DNA from: an uncultured Myxococcales bacterium
GTDB lineage: Bacteria; Myxococcota_A; UBA9042
Length of the DNA: 64,000 nucleotides
Assembly: GCA_903896545.1 (NCBI GenBank)
Contig: CAITYF010000197.1
Span: 11,665 to 75,664 of the forward strand
Direction: 5' to 3'
Position numbers and translations under genes: made by a program. Positions within the stretch are counted from its first letter, which is position 1. Each line of letters opens with the position of its first letter. Below the pieces are notes generated by a model. That model saw only the letters and a list, made by a program, of their open reading frames with translations, made no database searches and was not told the origin of the DNA. Below are positions 9,943 to 20,134 of the stretch, one piece after another.

Positions 9943-10745
9943 ACACCTTCCTTGGCGGTTTCCAGCCCAAATAGCGTGGCGACGCTCGTGTCTTGCCGCG
10001 CCATCGACTTCGTCTTCCGGGCGAAGAACTCGTCCACGGCGACGATGCCACGACTGCGGACGTCCTGCATCGGCCCCTCGGCGATCACTTTGCCGCCGCC
10101 GACCATGATGAGCGAATCCGCGACGGCTTCAATGCTGGCGAGCTCATGCGTCACAATCACCACGGTCATCTTCAAGCGGTCGCGCAACGACAACAATAGC
10201 GCGTCGAGTTCCGCGGACGTCAGCGGGTCGAGACCGGCGGACGGCTCGTCGCAAAACAGCACTTCCGGATCGAGGGCCAACGCCCGGGCAAGACCGGCGC
10301 GTTTCTTCATACCGCCTGACAACTCGGACGGATACAGGTTCTCCGCGTGGCTCAAATCGACCTGCGCGAGCTTCAGGCGCACCAACTCGGCGATCGCGCC
10401 TTCTGGAAGCCGACGGTGTTCCCGCAGGGGCAGCGCGACGTTTTCGCCGACCGTCAGCGAGCCAAACAGCGCGCCATTTTGGAAAAGCACGCCGATTCTC
10501 TGCATCAGGGCGCCGCGCTCCTTCTCGCCCAGCTTGGTCAGTTCCTGTCCCAGCAGCGACACCTGGCCGCCCGCGATGTCCGTCAGTCCGAGAATGCCTT
10601 TGAGCAGCGTCGACTTGCCAGAGCCGCTGCCACCGAGAATGACGCGGATCTCGCCTTGCCGAACGGTCATATCGACGCCGTCCAGAATCGTCCGCGCGCC
10701 GTAGCGCACGATCATGCCGCGGACTTGGAGGATCACTTCGTTCAT
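9939..10745 (-). CDS. mlaF: MlaF-like ABC ATPase
   Basis: GGSGSGKS, LFQNGALF, LSGGMKKR, DEPSAGLDP, VTH. Confidence 0.92.
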   Translation of the reverse strand: MNEVILQVRGMIVRYGARTILDGVDMTVRQGEIRVILGGSGSGKSTLLKGILGLTDIAGGQVSLLGQELTKLGEKERGALMQRIGVLFQNGALFGSLTVGENVALPLREHRRLPEGAIAELVRLKLAQVDLSHAENLYPSELSGGMKKRAGLARALALDPEVLFCDEPSAGLDPLTSAELDALLLSLRDRLKMTVVIVTHELASIEAVADSLIMVGGGKVIAEGPMQDVRSRGIVAVDEFFARKTKSMARQDTSVATLFGLETAKEGV

Positions 10746-11923
10746 CCCATGACCACGTAGAAAATGATGCTGAAGATGCTATCGGCGACGATGATGAAGA
10801 AGATCGCGCTGACGACGGACGCCGTGGTGGCCTTGCCGACTTCTTGCGCGCCGCCGCGGACGCCCATGCCGTGGTAGAGGCCGATGAGCGCGATGCCCCA
10901 GGCGAAGACGACGGACTTGAAGAGGCCGGTGACGAGGTCCTTGGTGACGAGCGCGTCGATCGTCTTTTGCAAGTAAGGCTTGGGCGCGATATCGAGGTAG
11001 ACCATGCCGACGATCCAGCCGCCGAGGATACCGAGCAAGTCCGCGAGCATCGTGAGCAGAGGGACCATCGTGACCATCGCGAGGACTTTGGGAACGGCGA
11101 CGAAATCGACAAACGGGATACCCATGACCTGCATGGCGTCGATTTCTTCGCCGACCTTCATGGTGGCGACTTCGGACGTTATCGACGAGCCAGAGCGACC
11201 TGCAACAAGGATGGCTGTGATGAGGGGGCCCATTTCACGGACCATCGAGATCGCGGTAAGTGACGCAACGTAGATGGCCGCGCCAAACTGGCGGAGTTGG
11301 TAGGCCGATTGAAAGGCCAACGTGAGACCGATGAGGAATGTGATGAGGCCGACGATGCCGAACGCCTGCGAGCCCATGAGGCTGGCTTCGCGAAAATAGG
11401 CCGACCAGCGCATGCGGCCGGGTGTGAAGAAGGACTGGATGCCGCCGATTGTGGTGTCGGCGGCGAGGACGATGAAGTCGCCGAGCGCGTGGATCGCGGA
11501 CCAGATCGTGTCGCCGAAGGATTCAAAGAAGCTGGGAAGAGCAACGGGCGGCGGCAGGTCGACCGTGACGCGGAATTCCTGAAGCCATTGGAGGACGCCG
11601 GGCTGGACTCCTTGGAGTTCGGTCGAGAAGCCGCGGGTCTTGCCCGTGCGCCAGAGGTCGACGAGCGTTGCAGTGCCGGCGCTGTCGATCGCGGTGAGGG
11701 CGGTCAAATCGAGGAGCAGCTTGCCGTCCTTGACGGGCAGACGCTTGCGGACCTGCGTGGCAAACGGGCCCGCGCCTTTGGCATCCAGAACGCCGGCAAG
11801 CACAAGCGCACGGGCGCGCGCGGTTGAATGCGGCGCCTCGGTCACGGTCAATGTCGCGTGCGGGTCGCGGGACGTCTGAACCTCCGTGCGGAGATGCCCG
11901 CCCCACAGGATAGGCGGAAGCAC
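10742..11923 (-). CDS. mlaE: MlaE permease with N-terminal STAS domain (start uncertain)
   Basis: STAS motif LDLTALTAIDSAG; MlaE motifs REMGPLITAILVAGRSGS, EEIDAM, VGKATT. Confidence 0.9.
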   Translation of the reverse strand: MLPPILWGGHLRTEVQTSRDPHATLTVTEAPHSTARARALVLAGVLDAKGAGPFATQVRKRLPVKDGKLLLDLTALTAIDSAGTATLVDLWRTGKTRGFSTELQGVQPGVLQWLQEFRVTVDLPPPVALPSFFESFGDTIWSAIHALGDFIVLAADTTIGGIQSFFTPGRMRWSAYFREASLMGSQAFGIVGLITFLIGLTLAFQSAYQLRQFGAAIYVASLTAISMVREMGPLITAILVAGRSGSSITSEVATMKVGEEIDAMQVMGIPFVDFVAVPKVLAMVTMVPLLTMLADLLGILGGWIVGMVYLDIAPKPYLQKTIDALVTKDLVTGLFKSVVFAWGIALIGLYHGMGVRGGAQEVGKATTASVVSAIFFIIVADSIFSIIFYVVMG

Positions 11924-11948
11924 GGGGATGACAAGAAGCTGCGCGCGG

Positions 11949-12515
11949 CTAAGGCTTCGCGCCGCCCGCGATCCAGTCGTGGACCGCTGTGAGTTGCTCG
12001 GCGGTCAGCGGGACAGCTGGCATCATCTCGAATTTGGCTGGCATGCGGTTGCCAGAACAGGGTGTGTCGGATGTGAGCTTGATCCACAGGTAGCTCTCGT
12101 CGGGCTTGCCGGGGACGACGAGCGTGCCGCCGCAGTACTCGGTGGAGGGCTTGCCGACCAGCGTCTTGAACGAGACGTCGCTGGTGAGCGGCAACGCGGC
12201 GTAGCCTGGGAGGCCAAGCGCTGTGACGGAATGGCAGTTGGTGCAGCGCGCATCAAAGACGGTCTGAACCGCAGCGAAAGGGGCCGCGGCAGACGTGTCC
12301 GCCGGAACCATGTCAGCGACGGCGGCGTCGGTCGTTGCGTCAGTGGAAAACACATCCACGGTGCCGGTGTCGGCGGGCGTGTCTGCCGAGGTAGCGTCCG
12401 TTGCGGCGGAATCATCGGTGGCGTCCCCGGTTCCGTCGCTTCCGGACGATGGTGTGCCACAGGAGAGCATCCCGAAGGTGAGAAGAGCAGTAAGCCACAC
12501 GCGGGTTGGTGTCAT
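11949..12515 (-). CDS. Lipoprotein with one c-type heme motif
   Basis: Lipobox MLSC, Asp/Ala/Thr linker, CTNCH, VVPGKPDESYL...RMP...WIAGGA. Confidence 0.75.
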   Translation of the reverse strand: MTPTRVWLTALLTFGMLSCGTPSSGSDGTGDATDDSAATDATSADTPADTGTVDVFSTDATTDAAVADMVPADTSAAAPFAAVQTVFDARCTNCHSVTALGLPGYAALPLTSDVSFKTLVGKPSTEYCGGTLVVPGKPDESYLWIKLTSDTPCSGNRMPAKFEMMPAVPLTAEQLTAVHDWIAGGAKP

Positions 12516-12572
12516 GTTGACCTCGGTTGGTGCACATCGCGGGGTTCATCGTGCGGGGCACGCAGCGGTCCG

Positions 12573-13022
12573 TCAAGGAGCCCAGCGACCGAGGACGACT
12601 CGCCTGCGTCCGGTGATGTTCAGGTCGATCTCTGTGACGGCGAATCCCGCATCGCGGGCGATGTCACCGACGTGCCGGAGCCAAGGCTTGTACGGCATCG
12701 AGTTGTCGCTGCAGCACGGAATGACGGCGAACGGCAGGCGGTGGCGCGCGGCGTAGTCGATGATGATGCGAGTGGCGCCGTCGGGGTGAAGGCCGACGAT
12801 GAGGTCCGTGGCGCAAGGTTCGTCGAGTGTGAGCAGGCGCTCGGCGAAGGGCACCGGCAAGTGTTTGGCGCGAGCGTCAAACGTAAGCACGGTTCGCCCA
12901 CGGGCGGTAAGCGCAGCGTTGAGTTTGCCCATTCCGCCCGCGATGTCCCAGACGCATGCGGCGGTGGGGAATTCGCGAACGAGGAGGTCGGCGAAGCGGT
13001 CGAAGCGTTGGAGGTCGCCCAT
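12573..13022 (-). CDS. Small SAM-dependent methyltransferase-like protein
   Basis: WDIAGGMG motif I, DLIVGLHPDGAT, FAVIPCC. Confidence 0.6.
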   Translation of the reverse strand: MGDLQRFDRFADLLVREFPTAACVWDIAGGMGKLNAALTARGRTVLTFDARAKHLPVPFAERLLTLDEPCATDLIVGLHPDGATRIIIDYAARHRLPFAVIPCCSDNSMPYKPWLRHVGDIARDAGFAVTEIDLNITGRRRVVLGRWAP

Positions 13023-13090
13023 GTTGCGTCCGGGCGCGTGAATGCGCGGGGGCGAGTTTGCATGGATCGGCGGGCGAGGGGAAGGGCGAT

Positions 13091-13112
13091 CAAAGCCTTA
13101 GGCATTGTCTAC
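13091..13112 (-). repeat. GTAG-type REP-like palindrome, copy 1
   Basis: Minus strand reads GTAG-ACAATGCC-TAA-GGCTTTG; lies ~130 bp upstream of the RAYT-like gene. Confidence 0.55.
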
Positions 13113-13243
13113 CGTCTGATTTTATGCGGTTTTGTGGTGCAAGTGCTCAGGATCTTCCGCCGCGCGGTCTCCATTCCCGCGGCAAAAGGCTTCAACCCAC
13201 GAATACCTCCTTAGGGCGCCACTTGTCCGCCCCCGGAGCTACC

Positions 13244-14311
13244 ATGACCGCAATTCGGCATTTCGACCCCGACCTACTTCACGAGGTTTCGCAGCGCGTC
13301 ATCGGTGGCGCGTTCTGTCTTGACCCGAACAACCTCGCACTTCGCGAGGCGTTTCTTGGCGCCCTGACGAAGTCGCTCCATCGATATGGCGTTCAGGTCC
13401 TCGCATTCCACTTCATGAGTAATCATTATCACGCGTTGTACAAGATTCCGTCCGCCGAAAAATTCTCCCGGTTTCTGGCGCATTTTCATTCTGGCCTTAC
13501 GGCGGCCTACCACCGAATCTGTCGGACTGATGGGAAGCTTTGGGGATATGCGAAATGGAATCCGGTCGCGAATGACGAAGCGTCGGTGTGTTTACGCCTG
13601 AAGTACATCATGGGGCAGGCTGTGGCAGCGGGGATTGTTGACCACCCAGCGCAATTTCCGGGCGCGTCGTCGGTCGATGCCATGCTTGGACTGTCCGCCT
13701 CGGTCGGTCGGGTATTCGATGCGACGCGCAAGTGTCGCGACAGGCGGAAGAAAAATGGTGCCGCGCCCGATTCGGAGTACGAGTCGGAGCATCTGCTCGT
13801 CGTGACGCCTCCCGACGCGTGGAGGCAGTGCAGTGTCGCCGAACGACTTCACCGGTATTGGAAGTTAGCCGACGAGGTGGCGCGAACGCCCTTGCATGGC
13901 GTGTGGAAAAGCCAAAGGCTTTGTCAACGCAATGAAAATACTAATGTACCTGTCCGCTCGCCTCTCGCCAAACGCGCCGTGCGAATGCGCCCGACATCCG
14001 ACGGCTCGCCCTTCCGCGCCGGTCCGGTAAAGCCAAAGCTCTTGGACATTCGACCGACTCGGCGCCCACGCGCGCCGCTCCTTCTCGCAGCGGACCGGGC
14101 AGTTGTTGCAGCGTACGCGCGCCGCTACGCCGATTTGGTTGTCGCCTACCGCGTCGCGAAGCGCGCTTGGCTCGCCCCGCCGCGGCCTGGCGGGCGTCCC
14201 CTCCTCCCGACGGCGCGTCCGTTACCCCTGCACACACTTGCCGGGACGCTCTCGTGCTCCCGTTCGGCGACAGTCTGCCGTCGGCGTGCAAGTCCGAACC
14301 ACTCGCAATGA
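13244..14311 (+). mobile_element. RAYT-like (REP-associated, Y1 HUH) transposase CDS
   Basis: HEVSQR N-terminus, HUH motif FHFMSNHYH, Tyr region LKYIMGQAVAAGIVDHPAQFPGASS. GGAG RBS before ATG 13244. Confidence 0.78.
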
Positions 14312-14417
14312 GAGGAAATTTTGCCGTTCTCGTAGACAACACAACCAGCGTGTGGCCCAATGCGTCGCGTTCCCCGTCCGGCACTTCCGGTCGCGTTTCT
14401 TCCGCCGCCGGAGCTTT

Positions 14418-15434
14418 ATGCGCTTTGAGAACGTTTCCATCTTGTCGCTCGCGCACGTCGATGCACCCCACCGTGTGACGTCGGCCGAGTTGTGCGAGCA
14501 GCTGTCGCCGGTGATGAACCGCCTCGGCTTGCGCCCAGATCTCCTCGCGGGCGCCAGCGGCATCATCGCCCGGCGCTACTGGGACACCGGGGTGCAGCCG
14601 AGCCAGGCCGCGACGTGGGCCGCTCAGGCCGCCATCGCCCAGGCGGGGATTGACCCTGCGAAGCTGGGCATCCTGATCTCGACCTCGGTGTGTCGCGATT
14701 TTATCGAGCCGTCCGTCGCCTGTCTGGTCCATGGCAATCTGGGGTTGCCGCCCGGTTGCATGAACTTCGACGTCGGCAACGCTTGCCTCGCGTTTCTCAA
14801 CGGTATGCAAATCGTTGCGAACATGATTGAGCGCGGCCAAATTGACTATGGACTGGTCGTTGACGGCGAAAGTGCTAGATTTGTTCAAGAAGCGACGATC
14901 GCGCGGCTCAACCGCCCTGAAACGACCGACGCCGAGTTCCGCGCGCAATTTGCGACGCTGACGCTTGGGTCGGGCGCCGCGGCCATGATTTTGGCGCGTC
15001 GCGACTTGGCCCCTGACGGCCACAAGTTCGTCGGCGCCGTAAGCCTTGCCGCGACCCAGCACAATCAGCTGTGCCGTGGGCAGGTCGACAAGATGGAAAC
15101 CGACGCCAAAACGCTGCTCTTCGCGGGGCTCGAACTTGCAGGGCGCGCCTGGGAATTGGCAAAGACAGAACTGGGCTGGGATGCCAAGATGATAGACGAG
15201 TTTGTCTTGCATCAGGTCAGCGGTACACACACCGCGTCGCTGACGCAGGCGCTGGGCCTGCCGATGGCGAAGGTCTTGGCGATCTACCCGGAATTCGGCA
15301 ACATCGGGCCGGCGGCGACGCCGATCGTGCTTTCAAAGGCGGTGGAGGCGGGCCGGGTGCGCAAGGGTTCACGCGTCGCGATGCTGGGTATCGGCAGCGG
15401 CCTCAACTGCAGCATGGCTGAGGTCGTGTGGTAG
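14418..15434 (+). CDS. oleA: OleA, thiolase-fold Claisen condensing enzyme
   Basis: IEPSVA (Glu), NACLAF (Cys), LHQVS, GNIGPA, GIGSGLN; first gene of an ABCD cluster. Confidence 0.9.
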   Translation: MRFENVSILSLAHVDAPHRVTSAELCEQLSPVMNRLGLRPDLLAGASGIIARRYWDTGVQPSQAATWAAQAAIAQAGIDPAKLGILISTSVCRDFIEPSVACLVHGNLGLPPGCMNFDVGNACLAFLNGMQIVANMIERGQIDYGLVVDGESARFVQEATIARLNRPETTDAEFRAQFATLTLGSGAAAMILARRDLAPDGHKFVGAVSLAATQHNQLCRGQVDKMETDAKTLLFAGLELAGRAWELAKTELGWDAKMIDEFVLHQVSGTHTASLTQALGLPMAKVLAIYPEFGNIGPAATPIVLSKAVEAGRVRKGSRVAMLGIGSGLNCSMAEVVW

Positions 15435-16315
15435 CTTCGTTCGATCAACGTCTCTTCCCGTTTGAACGCAATTACTTCGACCGTGGCGACGGCGTGCGAA
15501 TGCACTACGTCGACGAGGGCCAAGGGCCGCCCGTCGTGTGCGTGCATGGCAACCCGACATGGAGCTTCTACTATCGGAACGTCGTGACTGCGTTGATGGC
15601 TGATCACCGAGTCATCGCGCCTGACCATGTCGGTATGGGGCTCTCCGACAAGCCGGGCGGCGATCGATACGGGTACGCGCTGAAAGATCGGGTCGATGAT
15701 TTTGAAAAGTTCATCAATTTCATGGATCTGACAAAGCCTTTGGCTTTGGTTGTCCACGATTGGGGCGGCATGATCGCCCTCGCCTGGGCCGTCCGTCACC
15801 CCTCCCGCGTTGCCAAACTCGTGATCCTCAACACTGCTGCGTTCCCGCTCCCCGAGGACAAGAAGTTCCCTTGGGCCCTCGCTTTGACGCGCACGCCGGT
15901 CGGTTCGCTTCTGGTTCGTGGCCTCAATGCGTTCTCGTGGACCGCGACCCGCGTTGCCATGACCCACAACGCCATGCCCGCCGAAGTCCGCCGCGCGTAC
16001 ACGGCCCCGTACGATTCCTGGGCCAACCGCATCGCGACCCTCCGTTTCGTGCAGGATATTCCGTTGCGCCTCGGCGCCCCCGGCTTCGATATCATCCAAG
16101 AGACCGCCGCGAATTTGCACAAGCTCGCAGCGGTGCCCATGCTCATCGGCTGGGGTGGTCGCGACTTCGTCTTCGACGATGCGTTCTTGCGGGTTTGGCA
16201 ACGCAATTTCCCCACCGCGGAAGTGCTCTATTTCGCTGACGCAGGGCACTACGTTCTGGAAGACGCCGCGCTGGAGCTCATCCCGCGCATCGCCGCGTTC
16301 ATTCGCAACGACTGA
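15428..16315 (+). CDS. oleB: OleB, alpha/beta hydrolase (beta-lactone decarboxylase)
   Basis: HGNPTWSFYYR, VHDWGG, DFVFD, AGHYVLED. Confidence 0.88.
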   Translation: MVASFDQRLFPFERNYFDRGDGVRMHYVDEGQGPPVVCVHGNPTWSFYYRNVVTALMADHRVIAPDHVGMGLSDKPGGDRYGYALKDRVDDFEKFINFMDLTKPLALVVHDWGGMIALAWAVRHPSRVAKLVILNTAAFPLPEDKKFPWALALTRTPVGSLLVRGLNAFSWTATRVAMTHNAMPAEVRRAYTAPYDSWANRIATLRFVQDIPLRLGAPGFDIIQETAANLHKLAAVPMLIGWGGRDFVFDDAFLRVWQRNFPTAEVLYFADAGHYVLEDAALELIPRIAAFIRND

Positions 16316-16321
16316 GGTCGC

Positions 16322-17968
16322 GTGGCTCCACTGGCCAACATCGCATCGTGTCTGCCCCAGATGGCGCGCGAACGTCCGCAGCAGGCGGCGATCGTGGAGA
16401 CCATCGGTCGCGACGCGGTCGGACGCCGTCAGTTCGCCTCGCTCACGTTCGCAGAACTCGACGCGCGCACCGACCAACTCGCCCGCGGATTCATCGGCAT
16501 CGGGATGCCGTCAGGCGCGCGCATCGTGGTCATGGTCAAGCCGAGCAGGGACTTTTTTGCCGTCATGTTCGCACTCTGGAAGGCGGGGCTCGTGCCGGTC
16601 CTGATCGACCCCGGTCTCGGTCGCCGCCAACTCAAGCACTGTCTGGCAGAAGTCGCCCCGGACGGATTTATTGGCATCTCCGCCGCCCACGCCGCGCGCG
16701 TCGTACTTGGCTGGGGGCGCCCCAGTGTCCGATTTTGCGTGACGCTCGGTCGTCGCTGGTTCTGGGGCGGTGTCACGCTCGACGACGTTCTTGTTCGCGG
16801 CCAAGGCTCGTCGCCCATGCTGGCACCGACGACTGCGACCGATCTCGCCGCGATTCTCTTCACCAGCGGCAGCACTGGTATTGCCAAAGGCGTCGAGTAC
16901 CAACACGGCCATTTCCTCGCGCAGGTCGATCTCATTCGCGACACTTATGGCATCCGTCCCGGCGAGATCGATTTACCCACGTTTCCGCCGTTCGCCCTAT
17001 TCGACGCAGCGCTGGGCATGACAACGATTCTCCCGGTTATGGATTTCACGCGGCCCGCCTCGGTCGATCCGCGGGAACTCGCTGAGCTCATCGCACACTT
17101 TCAAGTCACCAACGTCTTTGGCTCTCCTGCCTTGCTGGCGACCGTCAGCCGCAGCGCGCGCGGAAGTGGTGTGCATTGGTCGTCGGTCAGGCGCGTCATC
17201 AGCGCCGGCGCACCGGCATCGGTGCTGACTCTGGATCGGATGCGCGACTTGCTACCGCCCGAAGCGCAAGTATTCACGCCATACGGCGCGACCGAGTGCA
17301 TGCCGGTCAGCAACATTGGCAGTCAGGAAGTGTTGGCGGATACACAGGAAGCCACAGCACGCGGCGCGGGCGTTTGTGTCGGTCACGTCGTCGCCCCCAA
17401 CGACGTTCGGATCATCGCAATCACAGACAAGGCGATCGCGACGTGGTCAGAAGTGCTGCAAGTGTCGGTTGGTGAAATTGGCGAGATTTGCGTTCTGGGG
17501 CCGACGACGACGCGGGCGTATTTCGGTCGGCCAGAAGCGACAGCGCTGGCGAAAATCCGCGACGGCGAGCAGTTGTGGCATCGCATGGGAGACGTCGGCT
17601 ACTTCGACGCGCAAGGGCGTCTGTGGTACTGCGGGCGCAAGGCACACCGCGTGCAGCTGGCCGAGCGGGTGCTTCACACTGCGCCAGTTGAGGAAACGCT
17701 GAATACCCACCCGGCAGTTCGCCGCACGGCGCTTGTGCCGGTGACGATCGGCGGTTTCACGGAGCCGCTGATCTGCGTTGAAAGGGAGTCCGACGCGACG
17801 ATGCCGGACGCGCAGCTCCTCGGCGAGCTGTCGGCGTTGGCGCAGCAATTCCCCGCGACGCGCGGCATCACTCGGTTTCTGGTTCACCCGAAGTTTCCAG
17901 TGGATATTCGTCACAATGCCAAGATCGGTCGTGAAGTGTTGGCGACTTGGGCGCAGGAGCGCGTGTGA
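16322..17968 (+). CDS. oleC: OleC, AMP-dependent beta-lactone synthetase
   Basis: FTSGSTGIAKG, PYGATE, HRMGD, FPVDIRHNAKI. Confidence 0.9.
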   Translation: MAPLANIASCLPQMARERPQQAAIVETIGRDAVGRRQFASLTFAELDARTDQLARGFIGIGMPSGARIVVMVKPSRDFFAVMFALWKAGLVPVLIDPGLGRRQLKHCLAEVAPDGFIGISAAHAARVVLGWGRPSVRFCVTLGRRWFWGGVTLDDVLVRGQGSSPMLAPTTATDLAAILFTSGSTGIAKGVEYQHGHFLAQVDLIRDTYGIRPGEIDLPTFPPFALFDAALGMTTILPVMDFTRPASVDPRELAELIAHFQVTNVFGSPALLATVSRSARGSGVHWSSVRRVISAGAPASVLTLDRMRDLLPPEAQVFTPYGATECMPVSNIGSQEVLADTQEATARGAGVCVGHVVAPNDVRIIAITDKAIATWSEVLQVSVGEIGEICVLGPTTTRAYFGRPEATALAKIRDGEQLWHRMGDVGYFDAQGRLWYCGRKAHRVQLAERVLHTAPVEETLNTHPAVRRTALVPVTIGGFTEPLICVERESDATMPDAQLLGELSALAQQFPATRGITRFLVHPKFPVDIRHNAKIGREVLATWAQERV

Positions 17969-18945
17969 TTGTCGTGACCGGCGGCGGTGGTTTCTTGGGT
18001 GGCGCGGTTGTGCGCCAACTTGTCGAACGTGGCGATCGCGTGCGCAGCGTTCAACGCAGCGACGCGCCGGCGTTGCGCGCGTTGGGCGTTGAGGTCGTGC
18101 GCGCGGACTTGAGCGACGCGGATGCCTGTCTGGAGGCGCTTCGCGGTGCTGACGCGGTGATTCACGTCGCCGCAAAGGCCGGCGTTTGGGGCACGGAGGC
18201 CTCATTTTACGCGGCCAACGTGCAGGCGACGGACAACGTAGTCGCCGCGTGTCGCGCGCTGGGTGTGCGCAAGTTGGTCTACACTTCGACGCCTTCGGTC
18301 GTCCACACAGGCGGCGATGTCAATGGTGTGGACGAGTCCATGCCGGTCGCCACGCACTTCTCAGCCGCCTACCCGCGTACCAAAGCGATGGCTGAATCCC
18401 ACGTGCTCGCAGCGAACGACGCGCGACTGGCCACCGTCGCGCTGCGTCCGCACCTCATTTGGGGGCCGGGCGATACCCAGCTAACCGCACGGGTGTGGGC
18501 GCGCGCCCGTGCCGGTCGTTTGCGTCTGGTGGGCGGCGGTACGAAGTGGATCGACACCACCTTCGTGGAGAACGCCGCAGAGGCACACTTGAGCGCTCTC
18601 GACCGTCTCGCGCCCGATGCTGCCTGTGCAGGCAAAGCGTACTTCATCACGCAAGGCGAGCCGGTGCCGCAAAAGGCGTTCATCGACGGCATGCTTGCGG
18701 CCGGTGGCTTGCCACCCTGTGAAAAGTCGATCCCTCCGGCGCTCGCATGGCTCGTGGGGGCGATGCTGGAAGTCCTGTGGACCGTGCTGCGTCGTCAGGA
18801 TGAGCCGTTGATGACGCGCTTCTTGGCGGAACAACTCGCCACGGCGCACTGGTACAACATCGACGCCGCGCGTCGAGACTTGGGCTATGTGCCGCGCATT
18901 ACCGTGGCTGAGGGACTCCGCCGCTTGGCGGCCTCCCGGTCCTGA
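17965..18945 (+). CDS. oleD: OleD, 2-alkyl-3-oxoalkanoate reductase
   Basis: TGGGGFLG, HVAAKAGVWG, YPRTK, LRPHLIWGPGD. GTG start overlaps the oleC stop. Confidence 0.88.
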   Translation: MIVVTGGGGFLGGAVVRQLVERGDRVRSVQRSDAPALRALGVEVVRADLSDADACLEALRGADAVIHVAAKAGVWGTEASFYAANVQATDNVVAACRALGVRKLVYTSTPSVVHTGGDVNGVDESMPVATHFSAAYPRTKAMAESHVLAANDARLATVALRPHLIWGPGDTQLTARVWARARAGRLRLVGGGTKWIDTTFVENAAEAHLSALDRLAPDAACAGKAYFITQGEPVPQKAFIDGMLAAGGLPPCEKSIPPALAWLVGAMLEVLWTVLRRQDEPLMTRFLAEQLATAHWYNIDAARRDLGYVPRITVAEGLRRLAASRS

Positions 18946-18993
18946 CGGTTCGTCGTGCCGTCGCGGACGCAGATTCGGTGTCTGTTATCGCTG

Positions 18994-19815
18994 CTACGGA
19001 TCGACAAACAGGTCGATGATCGGCTCCCGTCCGGGCGTCACGTCGTACGGCGTGAAATCTGTCACCCCTTCGGCGCGAAGTACGTCTTCGTCGATGAAGA
19101 ACTGCCCAGTCGTCTCGCGGGAGTTGCGCGTCAAGATCGCGTACGCAGCGTCAGCCATGATGCTCGGTGTTCGGCCCCACTCGCCCAGCCCGGCGTTCGC
19201 AACCTGCAGCGCCGCCGTCGCAATGAGCGTTCGCGGCCAGAGCGCGTTCACGCCGACGCCGGCTTTTCGAAATTCCTCGGCCATCCCCATCGCCAACATG
19301 CTCATGCTGTACTTGGAAACTGTGTACGCCGGATGCTCGCCAAACCACTTTGGCGCCATGTTCAGCGGCGGCGACAGCACCAGAATGTGTGGATTTGCAG
19401 CACGTTGCAGGTGGGGAAGGCAAGTCTGTGAGCACAAGAACGTCCCGCGAACGTTGATGTCCATCATGAGGTCGTAGCGCTTCATCGGCGTTTCGAGCGT
19501 GCCCGTGATCGCGATCGCGCTGGCGTTGTTGACCAAAATGTCGATGCCGCCAAAGCGCGCGACGGCCGCTTCAACCGCGGACTGCACCGCAGCATCGTCC
19601 CGAATATCGACAAACAGCGGCAACGCGTGGCCGCCGACAGCCTCAATCTCGGCCGCCGCAGTGAAAATGGTGCCCGGCAGGCGCGGGTTGGTTTCTGTCG
19701 TCTTGGCTGCAATGACGATGTTGGCACCGTCGCGCGCGGCGCGCAGCGCGATTTCTTTGCCGATTCCGCGACTTGCGCCGGAGATGAAGAGGGTCTTGCC
19801 CGCCAGATTGCCCAT
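18994..19815 (-). CDS. HSDL2-like SDR oxidoreductase
   Basis: ISGASRGIG, NNASAI, YTVSK, NALWPRT. Start placed at MGNLAGK after an AGGCGAG-like RBS. Confidence 0.88.
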   Translation of the reverse strand: MGNLAGKTLFISGASRGIGKEIALRAARDGANIVIAAKTTETNPRLPGTIFTAAAEIEAVGGHALPLFVDIRDDAAVQSAVEAAVARFGGIDILVNNASAIAITGTLETPMKRYDLMMDINVRGTFLCSQTCLPHLQRAANPHILVLSPPLNMAPKWFGEHPAYTVSKYSMSMLAMGMAEEFRKAGVGVNALWPRTLIATAALQVANAGLGEWGRTPSIMADAAYAILTRNSRETTGQFFIDEDVLRAEGVTDFTPYDVTPGREPIIDLFVDP

Positions 19816-19929
19816 GTCTCGCCTCGCCAGTTGCCGCGCGTTTGGCGCCGACCGTGACTCTGCGCTGGCCCGTGGCCTTTGGTCAAGGGCTAGCGATGTC
19901 TCGCTCGGATTCATGTGTAATATCATGAA

Positions 19930-19952
19930 GTAGACAGAGCCTTAGGCTATTG
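19930..19952 (+). repeat. REP-like palindrome, copy 2
   Basis: GTAG-ACAGAGCC-TTA-GGCTATTG. Confidence 0.5.
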
Positions 19953-19979
19953 CGCACCAACGCGTATAGTACAAACACA

Positions 19980-19995
19980 CCACCCCAAATTGGTG
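19980..19995 (+). promoter_or_regulatory. Candidate bEBP (NtrC-like) enhancer box, unit 1
   Basis: CCACCCCAAATTGGTG is identical at 22233-22248. Both copies start 65 bp upstream of the -24 element. Confidence 0.55.
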
Positions 19996-20044
19996 CCACC
20001 GACCCTGCATTTTGGCCAATCGTGCCAATATCGCCCACCGCCAT

Positions 20045-20059
20045 TGGCGCGTACCTTGT
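20045..20059 (+). promoter_or_regulatory. Sigma54-type -24/-12 promoter, unit 1
   Basis: TGGCGCG-TACC-TTGT versus consensus TGGCACG-N4-TTGC; duplicated at 22298. Confidence 0.65.
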
Positions 20060-20134
20060 GTATCAGGAAGTCCGCTGGACGCAGCCACCAACGGGCAGCA
20101 GAACCCACGCGGCAGAAACACTCGGAGGCACATC

